Assembly: GCA_963806555.1 (NCBI GenBank)
Contig: CAWDYR010000029.1
Location: 25,524-89,523, forward strand
DNA from: an uncultured Bacteroidales bacterium
Lineage (GTDB): Bacteria; Bacteroidota; Bacteroidia; Bacteroidales; VadinHA17
Length of the DNA stretch: 64,000 nucleotides
Direction: 5' to 3'
The position numbers were made by a program, and so were the translations under genes. The number at the start of each line of letters is the position of its first letter. Positions within the stretch are counted from its first letter, which is position 1. Below the pieces are notes generated by a model that was not told where the DNA came from, did not search any database, and was given only the letters and a program-made list of their open reading frames with translations. Shown piece after piece: positions 49,229-57,193 of the stretch.

Positions 49229-50842
49229 ATGGTTCAAAAGACTTATTCTATAGGGAGTATTAAATACAAGGCAAATAAAGTGAAAAAAGGATTTAATTTC
49301 TATCTGTTTCTGTCCATCTGTCTATTTTCACTCTTTTTTACAGGATGTAAAATTATCAAAGCACCCAAGGTTACCACTGCTCCGGTCACTGACATTCTGC
49401 CGAACAGCGCTGTAACAGGAGGGAACGTGACATTCGATGGTAATGCTGAAGTTAAAGCAAGGGGGGTTTGCTGGAGTACCAGAAAATCACCTACAGACAG
49501 CGATCATAGGACCACTGATGGTTACGGCGATGGTCCTTTTGTCAGTAATATAACCGGACTTCTGCCCAATACCTTATATTATGTAAGGGCATACGCCAGC
49601 AACAAGGAAGAAACAGGTTACGGAGAGGAATTTACCTTTACGACCGCAATTCTTGCCATTCCGGAATTGACAACAGTTACCCCGACAGGTATAACACAGA
49701 CTGCGGCAGTTTCAGGGGGGAATATCACTTTTGACGGTGGTGTGGAAGTTACCGAAAAAGGTGTATGCTGGAGCACTCACACAAACCCTGCAATTACTGA
49801 TTCAAAAACCACAAACGGTCCCGGGTCAGGAATCTTTTCCAGCAATATCACAGGGTTAACCGGCAATACAAAGTATTATGTGAGAGCTTACGCAACCAAT
49901 TCCATAGGCACAGGCTACGGTCAGGAAGTCTCATTTACTTCAGGACCCCTGCCTGCTGTGATTACAACATCGGTTCCTTCCCCAACCGGAACAACTACAG
50001 CAACAGGTGGAGGAAATATCACAAGTGATGGTGGTTCGGCTGTAACTGTCCGGGGAATCTGCTGGAGTACAGCTATCAACCCGACCACCTTGAACAGCAG
50101 GACGACAGATGGTACGGGCTCAGGTTCCTTCGCGAGCAATATGACAGGGCTGATACCAAATACCAGATACCATGTCCGTGCCTATGCAACCAACAGTGTG
50201 GGGACATCATACGGCAGCGACCTCACATTCTTTACAGATCCCGTTTCAATCCAGGATTATGACAATAACGTTTATGATGTAATCAGGATCGGAACTCAGC
50301 TGTGGCTTAAGGAAAACCTGAAAACCACTCACCTGAACGACGGGACTCCCATTGCTCTTGTTTCCGGAGCTGCAGCGTGGATTATTCTGACCACCCCCGG
50401 TTATTGCTGGTATAACAATAATATTGCGAATAAGGATAACTACGGGGCTCTTTACAACTGGTACGCAGTCGGTACGGACAAGCTCTGTCCAACCGGCTGG
50501 CATGTTTCAACTGATGACGAGAATTTGCAGCTTGAAACCTTTCTGAGTGGAAAGGACGTCGCAGGCGGTAAACTGAAGGAAACGGGAACATCACATTGGG
50601 CCGCTCCAAACACCGGAGCAACGAACGAGTTTGATTTTACTGCGCTTCCGGGAGGAAGGCGACTTGAAACTACCGGAGCATTTGAATACCTTGGTTTTCA
50701 AGGATATTGGTGGACATCCACTGAACCCCCGACCTTCCCTGGCAATGCGTGGTACAGAAATATACAGAATATATCGGAAACGGAATTCAGGGGATTTTGG
50801 AATGATAAGGCCGGGATGTCGGTCCGGTGCTTAAAGGATTAG
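49229..50842 (+). CDS. FISUMP-domain lipoprotein with 3 Fn3-like 'GVCW' modules
   Basis: Lipobox ...LFFTGC; a GTG at 49280 is a possible alternative start. Three ~92-aa repeats (GGN.T.DG...RG.CWS...L.PNT.Y.VRAYA.N..GT.YG). The C-terminus matches the Fibrobacter succinogenes major paralogous domain (...IGTQLWLKENLK...YGALYNWY...CPTGWHV...SVRCLKD). Confidence 0.8.
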   Translation: MVQKTYSIGSIKYKANKVKKGFNFYLFLSICLFSLFFTGCKIIKAPKVTTAPVTDILPNSAVTGGNVTFDGNAEVKARGVCWSTRKSPTDSDHRTTDGYGDGPFVSNITGLLPNTLYYVRAYASNKEETGYGEEFTFTTAILAIPELTTVTPTGITQTAAVSGGNITFDGGVEVTEKGVCWSTHTNPAITDSKTTNGPGSGIFSSNITGLTGNTKYYVRAYATNSIGTGYGQEVSFTSGPLPAVITTSVPSPTGTTTATGGGNITSDGGSAVTVRGICWSTAINPTTLNSRTTDGTGSGSFASNMTGLIPNTRYHVRAYATNSVGTSYGSDLTFFTDPVSIQDYDNNVYDVIRIGTQLWLKENLKTTHLNDGTPIALVSGAAAWIILTTPGYCWYNNNIANKDNYGALYNWYAVGTDKLCPTGWHVSTDDENLQLETFLSGKDVAGGKLKETGTSHWAAPNTGATNEFDFTALPGGRRLETTGAFEYLGFQGYWWTSTEPPTFPGNAWYRNIQNISETEFRGFWNDKAGMSVRCLKD

Positions 50843-51071
50843 TTCCCGGCATCACCGTTGACAGATCTTCTTATATCAGACAGGCAAATACCTGATACTC
50901 ATCATCATTTATCGCTAAAAAATCAAATTTTTTTGGCAGGGCAGAAAAACTGCTCTTTATTTGCCTGCCTCCTGCGCTTTCCGGAACATTTGAACCGCAG
51001 AAAAATTGATAATCGGATTATACAATTAAAACAAAAGAATTAAGTTTAATAACATATAATATTTTTTAATA

Positions 51072-52961
51072 ATGAAAATCAAACCTGGAAACACAACTGC
51101 TTTACTGATAATCTTATTGACATGGGAAATGATGTTTCTTATCGGGTGTAAGGAAGACCCTGTTCTACCAACTCTTACCACTGTGGCTGCATCCGGAATT
51201 ACAATCAGCACGGCAACGACAGGAGGCAATATAACATCTGACGGGGGTGCTGAAATAAATGCAAGAGGAGTTTGCTGGAGCACTTCCACCCAGCCTTTAA
51301 TAACAGGTTCCCATACCTCCGACAGTAAAGGAATTGGCAGTTTCACCAGCAATCTTACAGGGTTGACTCCCAATACCTCATATTTTCTGAGGGCTTACGC
51401 CACCAATGAAGTAGGTACGGCGTATGGCAGCGAAGTAACATTTAAAACAATACCGATTGTTGTTCCGGTCATGACAACTGTTGAAGTGACAGGAATCACA
51501 TCAAGCTCTGCAATATCAGGCGGAAATATAACAGCTGACGGCGGGGCTGAAATTACTGCAAGAGGAATATGCTGGGCTGCTTCTGTCAATCCGACAACTG
51601 ACAATAATAAAACAACAAATGGTACGGGAACCGGTATTTTTGCTGCAAGTATTACAGGTCTCACTCCAGGTACGTCTTACCATGTAAGAGCTTACGCCAC
51701 AAATAGTGCAGGCACTTCCTATGGAAATGACCGGCCTTTTACAACTGCGGCCGTAACGCCAACCCTGACAACAACAATAGTTTCATTGTTCACGAGGACT
51801 ACAGCGGTTTCCGGAGGCAATATAACTTCCGATGGCGGAGGAGCAGTGACTTCCCGTGGTGTTTGCTGGAGTACTTCAGCAAATCCATCGGTTGCGGGAC
51901 CCCACACTTCAGATGGAACAGGGAATGGAACCTTTGTTAGCAATATAACTGGCCTGACACCCAATACAGACTATTATGTCAGGGCTTATGCAACTAACAG
52001 CGCCGGCACTGCTTATGGAAACGAGCGAACATTTAAAACAAGCCCGATTTTAATACCGACAATTTCTACGAACGCTGTAACTTCAGTTGAACTGACCACT
52101 GCGATCTCAGGCGGAAATATAACCGCCGACAATGGAGGGCAGGTTACCGAACGTGGTGTCTGCTGGAATACAACAGGCAATCCCACAACTGCAAATCCAA
52201 AAACTTCTGATGCGACAGGAACAGGCGTTTTCTCAAGTAATCTCACAGGTCTGGCAACCGGGACTGCCTATTATGTCAGGGCTTATGCTACAAATAGCGC
52301 CGGTACCGCTTATGGCAGTCAGGTCAGATTTTCTTCATCACTTTCGGATATAGATGGCAATATCTACCGGACAGTTATTATAGGAAACCAGTTGTGGATG
52401 CAATCGGATCTGAAGACTACAAAGTATACTGATAATTCCAATATCCCCAACGTAACAGATAATACAGAATGGGCAAACGCCATCTCGCCGGCATATTGCT
52501 GGTATAATAACCAGGAATCTTATGGAAATACCTACGGAATAATTTATAACTGGTACACTGTGGAAACTGGTATCTTATGCCCATCAGGATGGTCTGTACC
52601 AACTGATGAAAATTATAAAACTCTGGAGCTCTATCTGGGAATGACTCAGGATGAGGTTAATGGATCCGGATGGAGAGGAACCGATCAGGGTACACAACTT
52701 AAAAGTACATCCTTGTGGGTTCCTCCATCGGGTAATGGAACAAATTCCAGTGGTTTTACCGCACTCGCAGGCGGTTACAGATATGGTGCTGATGGTTCTT
52801 TCAACGATATAGGGGTTTTAGCTTACTGGTGGAGCTCAAGTTTACATTGGTTTGACGCAACAAAGGGCGTATATCGACGTTTAAATGGTGATCAGACTGG
52901 TGTTTACAGGGAGGGGGTAAGGAAATCCGGCGGGAAATTTGTAAGATGCCTGAAGAACTAG
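51072..52961 (+). CDS. FISUMP-domain lipoprotein with 4 Fn3-like 'GVCW' modules
   Basis: Lipobox ...FLIGC, four tandem modules, and a C-terminal FISUMP domain ending FVRCLKN. Confidence 0.8.
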   Translation: MKIKPGNTTALLIILLTWEMMFLIGCKEDPVLPTLTTVAASGITISTATTGGNITSDGGAEINARGVCWSTSTQPLITGSHTSDSKGIGSFTSNLTGLTPNTSYFLRAYATNEVGTAYGSEVTFKTIPIVVPVMTTVEVTGITSSSAISGGNITADGGAEITARGICWAASVNPTTDNNKTTNGTGTGIFAASITGLTPGTSYHVRAYATNSAGTSYGNDRPFTTAAVTPTLTTTIVSLFTRTTAVSGGNITSDGGGAVTSRGVCWSTSANPSVAGPHTSDGTGNGTFVSNITGLTPNTDYYVRAYATNSAGTAYGNERTFKTSPILIPTISTNAVTSVELTTAISGGNITADNGGQVTERGVCWNTTGNPTTANPKTSDATGTGVFSSNLTGLATGTAYYVRAYATNSAGTAYGSQVRFSSSLSDIDGNIYRTVIIGNQLWMQSDLKTTKYTDNSNIPNVTDNTEWANAISPAYCWYNNQESYGNTYGIIYNWYTVETGILCPSGWSVPTDENYKTLELYLGMTQDEVNGSGWRGTDQGTQLKSTSLWVPPSGNGTNSSGFTALAGGYRYGADGSFNDIGVLAYWWSSSLHWFDATKGVYRRLNGDQTGVYREGVRKSGGKFVRCLKN

Positions 52962-53086
52962 TAATGTTAAAGATTCCAATAATTTGTTAATTTTTTAAGC
53001 CAGAGCAAATTCTGATAAGTAATAATTTTAGACTCCAATTTAAAACCATTTAATATTAAACATTCTAATCACTAAAACACTTAATC

Positions 53087-54961
53087 ATGAAGAAAGTTTC
53101 GAATTTAATTGTTCTCATTTTACTTGTTTCCGGCATTGCAATGCTGGATGGCTGCAAAAAGAAACCGGATCCTCCGACTCTTACAACTACGGCAGTAAGT
53201 GCGATTACAGTCACTACAGCTACAACGGGCGGAAATGTAACCTCTGATGGAGGAGCGGAAGTTACCGCCAGGGGTGTTTGCTGGGGGATTGCAACCAAAC
53301 CTGTTATTACAGGTTCAAAAACAAGTGATGGCAAAGGGACAGGCAGTTTTGCCAGTAATTTAACCGGGCTGACTGCCAATACCTTATACTATGTAAGGGC
53401 GTATGCTACAAATAGTGAAGGCACTTCTTACGGAAATGAGGTATCATTTACAACTAATCCCATCGTGGGAGCTACCCTGACAACAGCTGCAGTTTCCGGA
53501 CTTACCGCAACATCAGCTATATCAGGAGGAAATATTACAGCTGATGGCGGGGCTGCTATTACTGCCAAAGGCGTATGCTGGGCAACTACCGCCAACCCTA
53601 CAATTGCAGGCAGTAAGACATCTGAAACTGTCGGAGCCGGGTTGGGGGTATTTACGAGTACACTTACGCCATTAACCCCGGGTACGGCTTATCATGTAAG
53701 AGCCTATGCAACAAACAGTTCGGGCACAACTTACGGCAACGATCTGCCTTTCACAACAGAAGCTGTTGCTCCAACTGTAACCACCGCTGTTCCTTCGGGA
53801 CCTACGCAGACAACGGCGGTATCAGGTGGTAATGTCACTGCTGATGGTGGCGCCAGTGTTACAGCAAGAGGTGTTTGCTGGGGTACTGCACTTAATCCTA
53901 CTGTTGCAGGGGCACATACAACTGATGGAACAGGTACCGGAACCTTTGTAAGCAGCATTACAGGTCTTACTTCAGGTACTCTTTACCATGTACGGGCATA
54001 TGCAACAAACAGCAAAGGCACTTCTTACGGTGAAGACCTGACTTTCTCAACTACCCAGGTGACGCTGGCAACAGTTACTACAACTGCGATAACCACTTTC
54101 ACCAATATTTCAGCTGTTTCCGGTGGAAACATAACTGCAAACGGTGGCGGAACCATTACTGCAAGCGGAGTATGCTGGGCCACAACTGTTGATCCTTTAG
54201 CTACCGGCCTGCACACAGCCGACGGAGCAACAACCGGCGCTTTCACGAGCAATATGACCGGTCTTGCCGAAGGAACTCTCTACTATGTCCGCGCCTATGC
54301 GACCAATTCTGCCGGCACAGCCTATGGCAGCCAGGTACAGGTTCTTACAATGGGATCGGATATTGAAGGGAATCTTTATAAGACAGTTGCTATCGGTACC
54401 CAGGTTTGGATGGCAGAAAACCTCAAGACAATTAAATTCAACGACAATACCGATATACCGAATGTCACTCTTGCAGCAACGTGGATAGCCCTTACAGCAC
54501 CTGGATACGCCTGGTTCGATAATGATGAAGCAACCAATAAACCCCTTTATGGCGCTATGTACAATTGGGCCACAGTAAATACCGGTACTCTTTGTCCGAC
54601 AGGCTGGCATGTTCCTACCGATGTCGAGTTCAAAACCCTTGAAATGTTTCTTGGAATGACCCAGGCTCAGGCTGATGTTTCCGGATGGCGCGGAACTGAT
54701 CAGGGTACACAGATGAAAAATACAACAGGCTGGACTACAGGAAACGGAACCAACACAAGTGGTTTTTCAGCTCTGCCCGGAGGGTATAGATTCTATCTCG
54801 ATGGAGGATTCACTGGTGCAGGTACCAATAGTTACTGGTGGAGTTCCTTCGAGATCAGCGTTGATCGTGCATATGCAAGACAACTTGATGCCACACATGC
54901 CGATATCGAGAGGACAAATGCAGATAAACATGCAGGAAAATATGTAAGATGTCTGAAATAA
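53087..54961 (+). CDS. FISUMP-domain lipoprotein with 4 Fn3-like 'GVCW' modules
   Basis: Lipobox ...MLDGC, four tandem modules, and a C-terminal FISUMP domain ending YVRCLK. Confidence 0.8.
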   Translation: MKKVSNLIVLILLVSGIAMLDGCKKKPDPPTLTTTAVSAITVTTATTGGNVTSDGGAEVTARGVCWGIATKPVITGSKTSDGKGTGSFASNLTGLTANTLYYVRAYATNSEGTSYGNEVSFTTNPIVGATLTTAAVSGLTATSAISGGNITADGGAAITAKGVCWATTANPTIAGSKTSETVGAGLGVFTSTLTPLTPGTAYHVRAYATNSSGTTYGNDLPFTTEAVAPTVTTAVPSGPTQTTAVSGGNVTADGGASVTARGVCWGTALNPTVAGAHTTDGTGTGTFVSSITGLTSGTLYHVRAYATNSKGTSYGEDLTFSTTQVTLATVTTTAITTFTNISAVSGGNITANGGGTITASGVCWATTVDPLATGLHTADGATTGAFTSNMTGLAEGTLYYVRAYATNSAGTAYGSQVQVLTMGSDIEGNLYKTVAIGTQVWMAENLKTIKFNDNTDIPNVTLAATWIALTAPGYAWFDNDEATNKPLYGAMYNWATVNTGTLCPTGWHVPTDVEFKTLEMFLGMTQAQADVSGWRGTDQGTQMKNTTGWTTGNGTNTSGFSALPGGYRFYLDGGFTGAGTNSYWWSSFEISVDRAYARQLDATHADIERTNADKHAGKYVRCLK

Positions 54962-54991
54962 AAGACTAATGTCCTTGTAAATGAGATTATC

Positions 54992-55022
54992 GGGCTATCC
55001 TTTCACGGATAGCCCTTTTTTT
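54992..55022 (+). terminator. rho-independent terminator after the third FISUMP gene
   Basis: 9-bp stem GGGCTATCC / GGATAGCCC, loop TTTCAC, then T7. Confidence 0.75.
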
Positions 55023-55113
55023 ATGCCGGGACTCAAAAAGCTTAGACGTTTTAGGAATAATTAACTTTTTTGATAGTAAAAGCTTCAATAGATTTGCGCG
55101 ACCTGAATAATCT

Positions 55114-55263
55114 AAGTTGCTAGTTACTAGTTCCTGGTTACTAGTTGATTGATAATGAGCTTTCTGATAACATTGACTTTTATCTGTTAGTTCAAGATAA
55201 CATTACATATTACATTATTAATCAGCAACTAACTAGCAACAAGCAACCAGAAACCAGCAACTT
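55114..55263. repeat. imperfect ~45-50 bp low-complexity inverted repeat ((A/G)GTT(A/G)CT-type units) around a ~55-bp spacer
   Basis: The left arm is AAGTTGCTAGTTACTAGTTCCTGGTTACTAGTTGATTGATAATG. The reverse complement of the right arm is AAGTTGCTGGTTTCTGGTTGCTTGTTGCTAGTTAGTTGCTGATTAATAATG. Confidence 0.6.
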
Positions 55264-55410
55264 GAGTTAAATAGTCAAAACTGTAAATGGTTAGTTAGAA
55301 AGAACCCCTCAGGCATTTTTTTTGCCGGGGGGGTTTGTCTTATCCGGGGAATAATCTGTTTTTGGAACAGTTTTTGCGGTCTAATGACATGGTCTAAAGA
55401 CTTAAATCTT

Positions 55411-56118
55411 ATGAAAAGCTACCGTTTAGGAAAGATATTTTTCCTGGCAACACTAACTGCCCTTGTGTTAGCCTGTGAGGAAAGGACAGATAACTCAGGC
55501 GTTGAACTTACTGCCAACATTGCAGGCTATGACCAGAATTGTGCTACCTGCCTGCTTTCTTTCCCCGACGATAAAATAAAGATACAGAAAGAGTTCGGCA
55601 TAAGTCCGGGGGAGCTCTACAATGCAATTAACCTGAGCAGGGACAATTTTCAAATCGGACAAAAAATTAAGGTTAAGATCAGGAAACCGGAAACAAATGA
55701 ACTGAAAGCATGCCTGACAATGTTTCCTTCGGAAAATTATATTACTGTATCTATAATAGAATTTAGCTCTTTTAACAATCTGATTCTTAATGATACGGTT
55801 GACTTGTTTACAGGAGAGTGCCTTTATGATCCCATTGAACAATTCTACATTTGCATGGATTCGGTCTTAGGTGACTCCCGTTGTCCTGTCGGAGCTTATT
55901 GCTTCTGGGAGGGCAATGCAGAAGTCAGGTTTAAGTTCGAAAAACTGAATGAGGAACCCGTTTTATTTAACCTCAATACGCACAGGGGATTCACAAATGA
56001 CACAATTATCAGCAACAATAAAATTGCTCTTGTCGGCGTAAGTCCGTATCCCTCCCTTGAGCGTTCCGGCAGAAAAATTTACTATAAAGCACGGATTGTA
56101 GTAACGCGCCAAAACTAA
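55411..56118 (+). CDS. hypothetical lipoprotein with Cys-rich C-terminal domain
   Basis: ATG 55411 gives MKSYRLGKIFFLATLTALVLAC (lipobox). C-terminal motif ...DSRCPVGAYCFWEGNAEV.... No family name is assigned. Confidence 0.5.
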   Translation: MKSYRLGKIFFLATLTALVLACEERTDNSGVELTANIAGYDQNCATCLLSFPDDKIKIQKEFGISPGELYNAINLSRDNFQIGQKIKVKIRKPETNELKACLTMFPSENYITVSIIEFSSFNNLILNDTVDLFTGECLYDPIEQFYICMDSVLGDSRCPVGAYCFWEGNAEVRFKFEKLNEEPVLFNLNTHRGFTNDTIISNNKIALVGVSPYPSLERSGRKIYYKARIVVTRQN

Positions 56119-56253
56119 AGACCCGAAGGAAACTCACCTTTAATGACTTAGTACCGGGCCTCGGTTTCCGGAAGCTTCCCTGGTTCCCCAGCGGTTTTTT
56201 CGTTCACAACTCTGGAGTGGGACTTGGTTGATTTATTAAATAGAGGCAATTAA

Positions 56254-56284
56254 TTTGCAGAGAAGAAAATCTGAATTATATTTG
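56254..56284 (+). promoter_or_regulatory. Bacteroidetes-type promoter for tRNA-Val (-33 TTTG, -7 TATATTTG)
   Basis: TTTG at 56254-56257 and TAnnTTTG at 56277-56284 are separated by 19 nt. The box ends 12 nt before tRNA position 1. Confidence 0.5.
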
Positions 56285-56295
56285 CACGCGTTTCC

Positions 56296-56370
56296 GGGCG
56301 ATTAGCTCAGCTGGTTCAGAGCATCTGCCTTACAAGCAGAGGGTCGGGGGTTCGAATCCCTCATCGCCCA
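56296..56370 (+). tRNA. tRNA-Val (anticodon TAC)
   Basis: The cloverleaf was folded by hand. Acceptor GGGCGAT/ATCGCCC with discriminator A, D-arm GCTC..GAGC, anticodon stem TCTGC/GCAGA with loop CTTACAA, T-arm GGGGG TTCGAAT CCCTC. CCA is not encoded. Confidence 0.9.
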
Positions 56371-56376
56371 CAACTT

Positions 56377-56411
56377 AAAAGCCGGTCCCGTGACAAGCGG
56401 GACCGGTTTTG
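56377..56411 (+). terminator. rho-independent terminator immediately after tRNA-Val
   Basis: AAAAG + stem CCGGTCCCG / CGGGACCGG (7-nt loop) + TTTT. Confidence 0.7.
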
Positions 56412-56554
56412 TTATTGAGACCGTTGAAAGCTTGCTTTCAAAAGGTCGAAAGAACAAAACCGAAAAGCGAGACCGAAGGTCGAGCGACGGCTTTTAAGTT
56501 GTAAGAGCCCCCCCAACGGGATCAGTGAAACTAATCCCTCATCGCCCACAACTT

Positions 56555-56589
56555 AAAAGCCGGTCCCGCGACAATCGGGACCGGTTTTG
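56555..56589 (+). terminator. second copy of the tRNA-Val terminator hairpin (in the duplicated unit)
   Basis: Same stem at +178 nt. Only the loop differs (CGACAAT vs TGACAAG). Confidence 0.6.
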
Positions 56590-56680
56590 TTATTGAGACC
56601 ATTGAAAGCTTGCTTTCAAAAGGTCGAAAGAACAAAACCGAAAAGCGAGACCGAAGGTCGAGCAACGGCTTTTAAAAACA

Positions 56681-56708
56681 TTTGTCTATCCAGCTAAAAA
56701 TAATTTTG
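56681..56708 (+). promoter_or_regulatory. candidate promoter of the SiaC-like gene (-33 TTTG, -7 TAATTTTG)
   Basis: TTTG at 56681-56684 and TAATTTTG at 56701-56708. The 16-nt spacing is shorter than the usual 19-21. Confidence 0.3.
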
Positions 56709-56742
56709 CACGCCTGAAAAATATTTTAGAAATTTGATTTTC

Positions 56743-57150
56743 ATGCATTATGATATGGAGAAAGACGAAATTCATATTTTACAGACTCATAACACTCCTG
56801 AGGTTATCTTTAACCCTGAGGGTATAATTAAGATAAAAGGACGGTCATTGATTGTAGATAGTACTGAAATTCCCGGACAAATAATGGATGAGTTTGAGGC
56901 TTACACTGGTAATCCTCCTGAAACAACACTTGTCATTTTTGCATTGGAATATTTAAACAGCTTTAGTACAACAATGATAGTATCAATTCTCAATAAACTT
57001 TCAAAGGCTATTCTGAAACCGAAGAAACTTGCCGTAAGATGGTATTATGAAGAAAGTGATGAGGATATGTTTGAACTGGGTAATTATATTTCAGAGATTT
57101 CTGACATCCCATTTGAATTTGTCATGGTTTATGATTTCACAGGTCTTTAA
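56743..57150 (+). CDS. DUF1987 / SiaC-like regulatory phosphoprotein
   Basis: Sequence ...TPEVIFNPEGIIKIKGRS...ALEYLNSFSTTMI...VRWYYEESDEDMFELG...IPFEF matches the SiaC/DUF1987 pattern as I recall it. The ORF track starts at an upstream TTG (56734). Confidence 0.65.
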   Translation: MHYDMEKDEIHILQTHNTPEVIFNPEGIIKIKGRSLIVDSTEIPGQIMDEFEAYTGNPPETTLVIFALEYLNSFSTTMIVSILNKLSKAILKPKKLAVRWYYEESDEDMFELGNYISEISDIPFEFVMVYDFTGL

Positions 57151-57193
57151 TCAAAATTTTTTACGTCCCCGCGTCATGCGGGACAGCCGTGAC

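Larger units (their letters stand above)
56355..56675 (+). repeat. tandem direct duplication (period 178 bp) starting inside the tRNA-Val 3' end
   Basis: 56355-56499 and 56533-56677 align with about four substitutions. Each unit holds 18 nt of tRNA 3' end (AATCCCTCATCGCCCACA), a terminator hairpin and further nested hairpins. Confidence 0.85.

Noticed and set aside
51026-54252. A series of 70-115-aa antisense ORFs, one per 'GVCW' module (51026..51373, 51395..51664, 51719..51964, 52013..52246, 53065..53379, 53731..53958, 54025..54252). Others lie at 49921..50139 and, opposite the BNR gene, 58722..58949.
   Set aside because: They mirror the sense-strand repeats exactly and are Pro/Val/Thr/Ala-rich low-complexity translations (…QQTPLAVTSAPPSEVTFPP…). 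They lack independent start context. The Gly/Thr/Ala/Asn codon bias of the sense modules removes antisense stop codons and explains them. The sense frames have strong family-level support.
49229-54961. A diversity-generating retroelement hypothesis for the FISUMP C-terminal (lectin-like) domains.
   Set aside because: There is no reverse transcriptase gene and no template/variable repeat pair with adenine-specific differences in the window. The three C-terminal domains differ throughout rather than in a focused VR.
56511-56562. Additional tRNA genes at the repeat copies (56511-56562 and 61542-61580).
   Set aside because: Only the last ~18 nt match the tRNA-Val acceptor/T-arm 3' half. The upstream part (GGGATCAGTGAAACTAATCCC) forms at most a pseudo-T-arm, and no D or anticodon arms exist.
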